Shown here one piece after another: positions 12,138-24,492 of a stretch of DNA of 64,000 nt. The stretch spans positions 251,596,001 through 251,660,000 of the forward strand of contig OZ024743.1 in the NCBI GenBank assembly GCA_964016885.1, read 5' to 3'. The translations under genes were made by a program, and so were the position numbers. Source of the stretch: Eledone cirrhosa. Lineage: Eukaryota. The notes under the pieces were generated by a model. That model was not told the origin of the DNA. It searched no databases and saw only the letters and a program-made list of their open reading frames with translations. Within the stretch, counting starts at the first letter, position 1. Every line of letters begins with the position of its first letter.

Positions 12138-12775
12138 ATCTTTTCCTGCTGCTATCTCAAGGAATTTACCTTCTAATACCGGTACAAGAACTTTCCCTCC
12201 CACAGCCCACAAAGGTCGTCAAAACGTACTCAAACTATCATCTACACCTCTCACAACACACACACACATACACACCCACTCGAAACCCCATTATTTGCCG
12301 CTACTCTCTACGCTATAGAATATGTACGGATAGTGGCTGCAAATTCACCCATTTACCTAGGACAAAACGGTCTATCCCCACAAACAGCCACCACCATAAT
12401 ACATACTCTAATTTAACACCAACACAACCACCAATAACTCAAACAAGGAATCCACAAATCTGCCGCTTTTCCCAGCGAGACAGAATGTGTTTACACCGGG
12501 ATTGTCCCTTTACCCATCTTCCGGGTACCCGTCGGACAAATAAAAATAAAAATAAAAATAAAAATAAAAATAAAAATAAAAGCAAAAACAAAAACCATAA
12601 CCTACATAAAAATAACCACTACCACAGTCACCAACAGTCTGCTAAACAAGAAACTTCTTCCTCTTTTTTAGCCATAATGAATCTGGCAAAAGAACTGGAA
12701 AAAAACATTCGAGCTATCACCCAGCACCACCCTCCACTATCACCCCACTGCACAAACTCCCATTGCTGCCATTAA
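12013..12775 (+). pseudogene. LINE ORF1 remnant with two CCCH zinc fingers (frameshift near 12290)
   Basis: In the frame of ORF 12485: CRYSLRYRICTDSGCKFTH and CRFSQRDRMCLHRDCPFTH (C-x8-C-x4-C-x3-H, twice). Confidence 0.7.
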
Positions 12776-12832
12776 CAAACAAATTAACAACACACCAAAA
12801 CAATTAAAGCATCCACTCTCGTCTCAACATTT

Positions 12833-15767
12833 TTGCTTAACGCCCAAGGCATCAGCCCTTCCACCAATACTCAAAAATCGAAGATCAAATTCCTGGAGGA
12901 CTGGGTTGATGTCCATCCAAACTACATCCCTTTCTTCGTCCTCACTGAAACCCATCTCAGTAAGCTTCACTTGGAAGCCGAGGTGAAAGTAAAAAATGTC
13001 AAAGCCATCCGTGCTGATCGCGCTGGCAGAAGAAAGGGTGGGACTGCCATTTCTGTCCATAATTCTTTCTCAACAGAGGCTATGAACATATTTTCTAATG
13101 GATACTGCGAAGCAGTCACTGTATTCAGTCAAACCAACAACCTAATAGTAGTTGGGCTCTATAGGCCACCCCAAACGCCTCCCCGAATGCCTCAACAGCA
13201 TAAAGTGTTTCATCCAAGAGTGTCACCCTGACAACATCTTAATGATGGGGGACTTCAACCTCCTCGGAGTTGACTGGTCCACAAACAGCCTGCCACCAGG
13301 TTCTTCTGCCTCAACTTCTGACAGGGAAGCAGTCGAATCGCTTCTTGACTTCATGGATGAATTCTTCCTATCCCAACTGGTGCTCAAACCAACGAGGTGC
13401 CACAAAAACGTCCTAGACTTAATTTTCAGCAATCACACTGACACTAGCCACAATGTTGCAGTGGAGAAAACTCTACTCTCTGATCATGACATGGTTCTCT
13501 GTGATCTGAGATTCCACCGTTCAATATACAAACCCATTGTCATCTCTCCTGTCCATCCGTTTGACGCTATGGATTTCCACAATGCAAACTGGGAAGCGAT
13601 CAGTCATGATCTTGCACATGTCGACTGGTCCTTCATGCACACTCACACACCCACTAACATCAAAAAGTCCTGGCAGACATTTGTGGACACTGTTACAAAC
13701 ATATGTGCAAAACACACCCCATTAAGAACCGTAAACAAATCTAAGAGCAGAATCCCTAGAAATAGAAAAACGCTCATCAGGAAAATTAAGAGAACTAACA
13801 AAAAAATCAACAAGCTGAAATACTGTCAGCAGCAACACATCAACTTGACTGCCATTTCATCACAAGAGATTAAAAAACATAACCTCCAAAACAATATGAT
13901 GTCTATCATCAACAATCAGAGAAGAGCTGAAGAGGCCTGGGCCATTGAGAAGATCAAACTCAATCCCAAAGTGTTCTTTTCATTTGCAAAAAAACACAAA
14001 ATCACTGGCTCTACTGTTGGCCCTCTAATTGATGAAAATGGCACTCTTCAAGACAATGCTAAAACCATGGGTGAGATACTGCAGAAACAATACTGCTCTG
14101 TTTTCAGCAATTCTGATATGGCCGATCTGGGCTGTATCGGCGATGTTACTCCCCATTACACCTTATCGGACATAACGTTTGGCGCCGCTGATGTCTTAGC
14201 GGCAATAAAGGAAATCAAGCATAATTCAGCAGTAGGTCCCGATAGGTTCCCTGCTTGTGTCTTGAAGGCGTGTCAACACCCACTTGCATCTTCTCTTGCC
14301 AATCTGTGGCGGAACTCACTGGATGCTGGATATGTGCCAGAAAACCTTCTATCCCAGTCTGTTGTCCCAGTTTTCAAAAAAGGAAACAAATCCCTTGCCG
14401 TGAATTACCGTCCAATCTCACTCACCTCTCATATCATTAAGGTATTTAAGAGAGTGGTGAGATCGTGAATGACTCATTTCCTTGAGAGTAACAATATGCT
14501 GAACGCCAACCAGCATGGATTCCGTAATGGAAGGGATTGCCTGACGCAGCTACTGCATCACTTTGATGACATTTTGAGAGCCTTGGGAGAAGGTTCCAAC
14601 ACTGATGTTATCTACCTTGATTTCAGCAAGGCCTTTGACAGGGTTGATCACAACATTCTACTGAGAAAGCTGTCCAACATTGGTGTCACTGGAAAGCTGC
14701 TGCAGTGGATCAAGAGCTTCCTGTCAAACAGAACCCAACATGTTGTAGTCGAAGGAGTCAAATCCAGTCCAGCCAAAGTCAGTAGTGGGGTCCCACAAGG
14801 CACTGTGTTGGGCCCACTTCTCTTCATCAACTATATTAATGACATCACTGACATCATCAAACACAGCAACATTAGAATTTTCGCTGATGATTCCAAGCTC
14901 CAAAAGGTCATCAATAGCGTGGATGACCGGATAAGCCTTCAGTCAGACCTACTGGCTGTTACCCAATGGGCGTAAAAGAACAACATGTTACTGAACGAAG
15001 ACAAATTCGAACTGATCGACTTTCGAAAAGAGGATGCTCTGAAACTCCCGTACTCCCTTCCCTCCGGTGAAACTCTCGTGGCATCTAACAATATCAGAGA
15101 CTTGGGAGTAACCGTGGACAGCAACATAAGCTGGGCCACGCATATAAGCAGCAAAGTTGACATGGCCCGCAGAATGTGTTCCTGGATCCTCAGAACCTTC
15201 CAGTCGAGAGATTCCCACACCATTATCCTTCTCTTCTCTACTTTTGCCCGACCACACCTTGAATACTGTTGTCCACTGTGGTCTCCCCACACGAAACAAA
15301 GTATCATGAAACTTGAAGCTCCCCAAAGGGCAATCACGAAAAAGATAGATGGCATGTCAGATCTTGACTACTGGGGTCGACTAGAAAACCTGAAACTTTA
15401 CTCACTCCAACGTCGCCGTGAGCATTATATTATCTGCATGATGTGGAAAATGTTTCATCACCACTGCACAAATGATGTTGGCATCACCTTCAAATTACAC
15501 CCAAGGCTTGAGCCCCGTGCTATCCGTCCCAAACAAAAATCTGAATCGCAACTCATAACAACAATACGGCACAATTATTTCACCTCAATCGGCCCTGCTC
15601 TCTTCAACATCACACCAGGACACGTCAAAACAGAAACTGACCACACAAAATTCAAGAAGTCTTTGGACAAATTCCTCCAAGTAATCCCGGACAAACCACA
15701 CACACCCGGATATGTCTCCGCAAACAGTAATTCTCTTCTCGAATGGGCCATGGTGCCCAAATCCTGA
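12833..15767 (+). pseudogene. LINE ORF2 (APE endonuclease plus RT), disrupted
   Basis: LNAQG, LTETHL, GGTAI, LYRPP, MGDFN, LDLIF, SDHD; NYRPISLTS, QHGFR, YLDFSKAFD, GVPQGTVLGP, IFADD, RDLGV, RPHLEY. Frameshift ~13180; stops at 14466 and 14973. Confidence 0.93.
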
Positions 15768-15886
15768 ATGGAAAGACTTCGCCAGGTGGTGCTATTAAGT
15801 TAGACTTAGCCTGGGCCAATACTGGCCAAAACATTTCAAAGTTATTCAAAGTTATATATATATTCATAAATATATATATGTAGATA

Positions 15887-15966
<80 letters not shown>

Positions 15967-15968
15967 TA

Positions 15969-16032
<64 letters not shown>

Positions 16033-16102
16033 TAGATATACATATATATGAATATATATATATATTCATATATATATATTCATATATATATATATATATA
16101 TG

Positions 16103-18426
16103 CAATGGTTATACGCCCCATAATCAAGATGTCCCCAGATGTATGTGAAAGTACAGAGGACCTCCTCAGCAGAATCAGTGAGTGCAACAAAAACAGGAGC
16201 CTATCCAACTGCATAATAGGCAGCATGGATGTGGTGTCACTGTACCCATCCATTAACATTGATTTTGCTGTGAAAAGATGTGGAGATGAACATTGAGAGT
16301 GAGGTGGAGTTCTGCGACGTCGACACAGACGAACTGGGCCTCCGACTTAGACTTACCTACGACACTGACTACCTAGACAGCCATGACCTTAGATGTTTCT
16401 GCCCTAGTAGACCTATAAGAGGTAGACCCCCCACCATAACCTCAATGGCTAAAAAGACTCCCATAGGAAGGTGGATTGGGTGGACCAAAGCTATACGGAC
16501 CCCCCAAAACACTGATCAGGGAAGAAAAATGGTCGCACATGCAATAGGGGCTAGTATCAAAACTACCCTAAAGGGCCACATATTTAAGTTCAATGAGAAA
16601 ATCTACACCCAAAATGAGGGAGCAGCCATCGGCGTCAGCATAGCTGGTGATGTTGCCAACCTTTTCATGGTATGGTGGGAAAGGAGACTTAAAGATCTCC
16701 TTAATGAAAGCTCCATAGACCTCATCATGTACTCTCGTTATGTAGACGATATCAATATAGTTATAAGAACACCCCCACTAGAGAGCACTAACAAGTTTGA
16801 TTTAGAACGTAGCACGATGGAAAGCATCCAGCAGATAGCTAATTCCATACACCAGAGTATAACTGTAACTATCGACTTCCCTTCCAAACACCCTAACAAT
16901 AGACAACCTGTATTAGACACAGAACTCTGGATTAACACTATAGACGAGAGAGCCCAAATTCTCCACTCACACTATGCTAAACCCATGGCCTCCAAATACC
17001 TGATACTCAAAAACTCAGCAATGTCCAGTAGTGCTAAGTTTAATATTCTGATCGCAGATTTGGTACGAGTGATGAAGAATGTGTCCAGCATGTGCGACCC
17101 AACAGAAATGGAAGGACACATCCAACACTTCATCAACCGCATGCAGTTCTCTGGCTACAACCAAAGAGACAGGGTCAGAGTATACGAAGGAGCCATGGAA
17201 AAGTATAAGACCCTCATAGAACTGGACATGAAAGGAATTTGCCCACTATACAGGAGCAAATCATGGAATAGCTTAGATAGGGTTAGACATAAGACAGGGA
17301 AGGCCACATCATGGTACGACAACCAGAGATATCAGAGTGTCATGTTTGTGGACACCACCCCTGGAGGGAAATTAGCAAACCAGTGTAGAAAGGCCCTGAG
17401 AAGGACCCACTTAAAAATAAAGGTGGTAGAAAAGCCAGGAACCACCATAAAATCCCTGATCAGCAAAACCTACCCTTTTAAGAAAACCCACTGTACCAAT
17501 AGGAAATGTATCATATGTAAGGTGAACACCCGGATAAACTGTAAAACTAGAAACGTAGTCTATAGCATAAGATGTACAGAGGGTACTTGCAGAAACATGA
17601 CAACAACATACATTGGTGAGACAGCTCGTAGCATAGGTGAAAGGATAGACCAACACTGGGTGGAACTAAAAGGACGAAAAAACGGGTCAGTACTATACGA
17701 ACATGCTAGACAACAACATGACGGTAACATAGACAACATAGAAATTAGAATAATATCTAAACATAGGAATGACCCAGCAGATAGGCAAATCAGAGAGGCC
17801 AGTGAAATAGAAATTAGAAGACCAAAGCTAAACAGAAAGAATGAGTGGAACAACAACACCCAAACAAACAACACTGACCTAAGAGAAGTATAAATAAGTA
17901 AATAAAATAAAATAAAATAAGATAAATAAATACATACACAAGCACAATAACAACAAGCACATAAACACACACTAGTCACCCAGCAGAGACAACACTATAC
18001 ACACTAGTCACACATCACACATAACACTATACACACACGCTAACGCATGCGCAAAGAAGACAAAATAAAATAAGATAAACAAACAAGCAAATAAATATAT
18101 AAATATATAGACAGACTGAATAAAAAATGGCGTAGACATACAACACAACAGGAGGAACAATGAATATAACACCACTGACGATGTTGCAGATGTGCAACGA
18201 ACGATTTATGTAAATTATGTAAACTATATATATGTGTTTGTGTCTATATTGTATCTGTATTATTATTTTTGACCGCCGGTCAGTCAATGGCAACATTGTT
18301 GACCGAGTAAGTTAGATCGCAGATATAAAAGACAGCGAGAAGCGAAAACCAACCAAACAGTGAGTGTGTTCTGTTATTAATTCTGGCAATATTACGCAAA
18401 TATGACCCTCCCCAAATATAACAATA
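16103..18426 (+). mobile_element. Penelope-like element, 5'-truncated, second family
   Basis: GSMDVVSLYPSI, GAAIGVSIAGDVANLFM, YSRYVDD, VLDTEL, C-x4-C-x2-C linker, VVYSIRC...YIGETARSIGERIDQH; (TA)n on both sides. Confidence 0.92.
16280..17893 (+). CDS. PLE RT core/thumb plus GIY-YIG endonuclease, 537-aa open segment (upstream part frameshifted)
   Basis: ORF track; YVDD catalytic motif and VVY...YIG motif. Confidence 0.85.
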   Translation: MEMNIESEVEFCDVDTDELGLRLRLTYDTDYLDSHDLRCFCPSRPIRGRPPTITSMAKKTPIGRWIGWTKAIRTPQNTDQGRKMVAHAIGASIKTTLKGHIFKFNEKIYTQNEGAAIGVSIAGDVANLFMVWWERRLKDLLNESSIDLIMYSRYVDDINIVIRTPPLESTNKFDLERSTMESIQQIANSIHQSITVTIDFPSKHPNNRQPVLDTELWINTIDERAQILHSHYAKPMASKYLILKNSAMSSSAKFNILIADLVRVMKNVSSMCDPTEMEGHIQHFINRMQFSGYNQRDRVRVYEGAMEKYKTLIELDMKGICPLYRSKSWNSLDRVRHKTGKATSWYDNQRYQSVMFVDTTPGGKLANQCRKALRRTHLKIKVVEKPGTTIKSLISKTYPFKKTHCTNRKCIICKVNTRINCKTRNVVYSIRCTEGTCRNMTTTYIGETARSIGERIDQHWVELKGRKNGSVLYEHARQQHDGNIDNIEIRIISKHRNDPADRQIREASEIEIRRPKLNRKNEWNNNTQTNNTDLREV

Positions 18427-18434
18427 TATATATA

Positions 18435-18476
<42 letters not shown>

Positions 18477-18518
18477 TATATATAAATATATATATATATA
18501 TATTCATATATATAAATA

Positions 18519-18569
<51 letters not shown>

Positions 18570-18716
18570 TATATATATATTCATATATATATATTCATAT
18601 ATATATATATTCATATATCATATATATATATATTCATATATATATATATTCATATATATATATATTTATATATATATATTCATATATATATATATTTATA
18701 TATATATATATATATA

Positions 18717-18766
<50 letters not shown>

Positions 18767-18828
18767 TATATATATATATTCATATATATATATATTTATA
18801 TATATATCATATATATATATGTATATTC

Positions 18829-18915
<87 letters not shown>

Positions 18916-19027
18916 CATATATATATATTCATTTATATATATTCATATATATATATATATATTCATATACATATATATATATATATTCATATATATCTAT
19001 ATATATATATATATTCATATATATATA

Positions 19028-19063
<36 letters not shown>

Positions 19064-19114
19064 TATATATATATATTCATATATATATATATATATTCAT
19101 ATATATATATATTC

Positions 19115-19152
<38 letters not shown>

Positions 19153-19427
19153 TCATATATATATATATATTCATATATATATATATATATATTCATATAT
19201 ATATATATATATATTCATATATATATATATATATTCATATATATATATATATATATATATTCATATATATATATTTATATATATATATATATGTAGATAA
19301 ATCTACCAAGAGTTTACGGTAGTGTCCAATCAGTATGAAGAACTCAATGTAATCCGGATATCATGGAAAGAAGAGATGCAATGAAAAATCACTTTCGGTG
19401 AAAGATAAACGGAATACAGAGTCAAGA

Positions 19428-19876
19428 TAAAATATTAAAAAAATAATGAATAAAACAATGAAACAGTTCCTTATATTAAACAAAAAAAGTTCATTATTTA
19501 ACGATCGTTTCTGGGATATATACGTGTTAGAATTGGCATGTATATTTAACAGATCTATGTACAACATTATACAAAATTATACAAACTATCAAAATTAAAT
19601 ATACATACCAACACACATATATGCCGTCTTCAGAAATAATTATTATGCCGTCTTCAGAAATTATTATTTCTGAAGACGGCATATATGTGTGTTGGTATGT
19701 ATATTTAATTTTGATTGTTTGTATAATTTTGTATAATTTTGTACATAGATCTGTTAAATATACATGCCAATTCTAACACATATATATCCCAGAAACGATC
19801 GTTAAATAATGAACTTTTTTTGTTTAATATAAGGAACTGTTTCATTGTTTTAATCATTATTTTTTTAATATTTTAT
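19428..19876. repeat. Fold-back island (arms ~210 bp) with an HHR in each arm; island begins ~19293
   Basis: 19428-19640 is the reverse complement of 19661-19876; tatgccgtcttcagaaat is duplicated at the centre. Confidence 0.88.
19661..19812 (+). ncRNA. Type I hammerhead ribozyme with a long stem II (mirror copy 19491-19640, minus strand)
   Basis: ttattattt CTGAAGA [~115-nt hairpin: atatatgtgtgttggtatgtatatttaa / ttaaatatacatgccaa..acacatatat] GAAA cgatcg TT aaataatga. Confidence 0.75.
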
Positions 19877-20281
19877 ATATATATATATTCATATATATAT
19901 TCATATATATATATATTCATATATATATTCATATATATATATATTCATATATATATATATATATATATATATTCATATATATATATATATATATATTCAT
20001 ATATATATATATATATATATATTCATATATATATATATATTCATATATATATATTTATATATATATATATTTATATATATATTCATATATATATATTCAT
20101 ATATATATATATTCATATATATATATATATATATATTCATATATATATATATATTCATATATATATATATTTATATATATATATATCATATATATATATA
20201 TTCATATATATATATATATTTATATATATATATATCATATATATATATATTCATATATATATATACATATATGTATATATA

Positions 20282-20312
<31 letters not shown>

Positions 20313-20327
20313 TCATATATATATATA

Positions 20328-20365
<38 letters not shown>

Positions 20366-20383
20366 TATATATATATATATATA

Positions 20384-20490
<107 letters not shown>

Positions 20491-20535
20491 TCATATATAT
20501 ATATATATATATTCATATATATATATATATATATA

Positions 20536-20582
<47 letters not shown>

Positions 20583-20659
20583 ATATATATATATTCATAT
20601 ATATATATATATATATTCATATATATATATATATAGTCATATATATATATATTCATATA

Positions 20660-20700
<41 letters not shown>

Positions 20701-20903
20701 TCATATATATATATATATATTCATATATATATATATATTCATATATATATATATATATATATATATTCATATATATATATATATATTCATATATATATAT
20801 ATGAATATATATATGAATATACGTATATATGAATATATATATGAATATACGTATATATGAATATATATATATATGAATATACGTATATATGAATATATAT
20901 ATA

Positions 20904-21537
20904 TCTATTTATTTGTTACCCAACTAGCTATGCGTGGTTACACGCTTGTAAAAAATATCACCTGTGATTATTCATGTTTACATATGTTAATCAGTTTCTA
21001 GTTATTATAAAATGCTCTTACCTATCTTTGAGCTTATTTCCGGGCGATATGGCGCACGCCGTTATTGCGTGACATCCACAATTTCGATTTGGATTAAATT
21101 CATTTAAGTTATCTTAATTTGGGATATAGATTTATAAATACGGCTCCTTAATTGTAGAGCTAATTCTGTTGCAGGGAATTTACTGCTTTTTCTAGTTGTC
21201 GAATACCTATTCACGCCACTGAGACGAGACTGCTGTCATGTGTAAGAGCAACACGTGGTAGCAGCCAGTTGAAGATTTGAACTCGCTGTTTAAACATGTA
21301 TAGCTGGACATTATTCTTCCTTGTTGATAATCCAATAATATCCACTTTCCGTGACTTACGATCTGATTAATTGGTGAAATATATTTCTTTAATGAAATAT
21401 ATACAGGGAAGATTAATCATATTAAAAGGTATCTATTTATTTGTTACCCAACTAGCTATGCGTGGTTACACGCTTGTAAAAAATATCTCCTGTGATTATT
21501 CATGTTTATATATGTTAATCAATTTCTAGTTATTATA
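20904..21537. mobile_element. Non-coding island in (TA)n with ~105-bp terminal direct repeat (period 528)
   Basis: tctatttatttgttacccaactagc...tttctagttattata at 20904 and 21432. Confidence 0.75.
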
Positions 21538-21556
21538 TGAATATATATATATATAT

Positions 21557-22484
21557 GTCGTTTCTGAATTTGTTTAGCAAGATACTTTATCTGAAATCGT
21601 GTGTTAAAACCGATATTGTTATACTTTGGGAGGGTCATGTTGCCAATAAGAAAAACACGCACCAGTTGCTTTCACTTCAATTTATTATAATACCCTTTTC
21701 AAAGACCCTCATGTATAGATAAGAAATGTATAACCTGTAAAATAATCCCCCATATTAACTGTAAAACTAGAAATGTAGTGTATAGCATAAGATGTACTGA
21801 AGGACAATGTAGAGACAACAATATAGTGTACATAGGTGAGACAGCTCGTAGTGTAGGGGAACGGATAAATGAAGAGTGGCGAGACCTTCAAGATAGTAAA
21901 GAATCATCTGTACTCTACCAACATGCTAAAATAGAACACAAGGGTAAATTAGAGAACATAGAAATAAAAATAGAATCTACACACAGAAAAGACGCAATGT
22001 TTAGACAAATTACAGAGGCAATAAACATAAAAGAATTACAACCGAAATTAAATAGAAAATATGAGTGGAACAGCAAAATCACAACTTACAATTAAGGACA
22101 AAATGAAAACACACACACACATAGAACAAACAACCAACCAGTAACATGGAAATAAACAAATAAATAAATGAACATAAAACACATACAGACACCCGGATGT
22201 GGCGCATGCGCAGACTGAGCACACAACACACACACAGAAACAAAATGGCATAGGACAGAACAAAGGAGAGGCACAGAAACAAAGAAAGGAATCCCCTGTC
22301 ACTGAAGAGGTCACAAAGTGTGTGACGAAAGAACTATGACAATATATAAACAACTCTCTGGTTGTGGAACCAACCAACTAACCAGAAATTTATAAATTTA
22401 TAAATTTATGATAATAAATTGAAGTGAAAGCAACTGGTGCGTGTTTTTCTTATTGGCAACATGACCCTCCCAAAGTATAACAAT
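21557..22484 (+). mobile_element. PLE 3' fragment (GIY-YIG, 3'UTR, HHR) preceded by an inverted copy of its own 3' end
   Basis: VVYSIRCTEGQC...YIGETARSVGER (21778-22095), related to the 16280 ORF; 21613-21690 is the reverse complement of 22410-22484. Confidence 0.88.
22297..22341 (+). ncRNA. Minimal type I hammerhead ribozyme
   Basis: tgtca CTGAAGA g gtcaca aagtg tgtgac GAAA gaac TA tgaca. Confidence 0.85.
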
Positions 22485-22509
22485 ATATATATATGAATAT
22501 ATATAAATA

Positions 22510-22567
<58 letters not shown>

Positions 22568-22579
22568 TATATATATATT

Positions 22580-22610
<31 letters not shown>

Positions 22611-22615
<5 letters not shown>

Positions 22616-23157
22616 GATAAGCAGAACAAGTAAAATTCAATCAATTTTTCAAAATACATTAAAAAATATAATATAAATATTTACCTCTTCTAGTGGCCGT
22701 TACTGATCAGTTTCGCTTTGTAAAACCTCATAAATCCGATGGATTTATGATGGAAAACCAAAGCTCATCAGAGAAGCATTTTCCCTTCCTAGGGCTAAAC
22801 GTCCCAGGAACGACAAAATATACAACCTCCTGCCAGCTAATAAAGGTCTGAAAGGTCGTAAAAGTGACCCGTATGTAAACTGGACCGAAGTAAAAGCGGG
22901 AAAATCAAAGACTTGCTGTCTACAATTACTACTAAAAAAATAGCAGCCAAGTAGAGCAACAGATTTGTTCTCAACGGACGGAGAAAAAGGTAGAAGTTAA
23001 TATGTCCAGGGATACTAGGTACCCCTAGAAATACATAGGTTGTCTATGATTCAAGGTTGTTCAATGGTGTTAATTTGATACACCAGAACTTTAATATTAA
23101 GATAAGCAGAACAAGTAAAATTCAATCAATTTTTCAAAATACATTAAAAAATATAAT
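22611..23157 (-). mobile_element. Non-coding island in (TA)n with ~60-bp terminal direct repeat (period 485) and an HHR core at 22686-22777
   Basis: attaagataagcagaacaag...aaaaatataat at 22611 and 23096. Minus strand: cttct CTGATGA gcttt...tcataaatcc atc ggatttatga...aaagc GAAA ctgatcag TA acggccact agaag; stem I pairs only across a 9-nt insert. Confidence 0.75.
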
Positions 23158-23179
23158 ATATATATATATATATATATTC

Positions 23180-23210
<31 letters not shown>

Positions 23211-23316
23211 CATATATATATATATTTATATATATATATGAATATATATATATATGAATATGAATATATATATGAATATATACATGAATATATATATATA
23301 TGTATATATATATATA

Positions 23317-23364
<48 letters not shown>

Positions 23365-23562
23365 TATATATATATATGAATATATATATGAATATATATA
23401 TGAATATATATATATGAATATATATATGAATATATATATATATATATATATATTCATATATATATATATATATATGAATATATATATATGAATATATATA
23501 TATAAATCTATTCATATATATATATGAATATATATAAATCTATTCATATATATATATATATA

Positions 23563-23614
<52 letters not shown>

Positions 23615-23632
23615 TATATATATATATATATA

Positions 23633-23748
<116 letters not shown>

Positions 23749-23754
23749 TATATA

Positions 23755-23807
<53 letters not shown>

Positions 23808-24078
23808 TCATATATATATTTATATATATATATTCATATATATATTTATATATATATATATATATTCATATATATATATATATATATATTCATATATATA
23901 TTTATATATATATATATTCATATATATATATATATATATATTCATATATATATGTATTCATATATATATACATATTCATATATATATATATATTCATATA
24001 TATATATATTCATATATATATATATATTCATATATATATATATGAATATATATATATATGAATATATATATATATATA

Positions 24079-24112
<34 letters not shown>

Positions 24113-24492
24113 TATATATATATATATATTCATATATATATATATTCATATATATATATATATATTCATATATATATATATATTCATATATATATATATT
24201 CATATATATATATATTCATATATATATATATATTCATATATATTCATATATATATATATATTCATATATATTCATATATATATATATATATATTCATATA
24301 TATATATATATATATTCATATATATATATTCATATATATATATTCATATATATATATATATATTTATATATATTCATATATATATATATATATTCATATA
24401 TATATATATATATTCATATATTCATATATATATATTCATATATATATATATATATTCATATATTCATATATTTATATATAAAAAAAAAAAAA

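Larger units (their letters stand above)
11151..15845 (+). mobile_element. Near full-length CR1-group LINE inserted in (TA)n
   Basis: 5'UTR, then ORF1 remnant, then ORF2 with APE and RT; 3' end (ttcaaagtta)x2; (TA)n on both sides. Confidence 0.9.
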
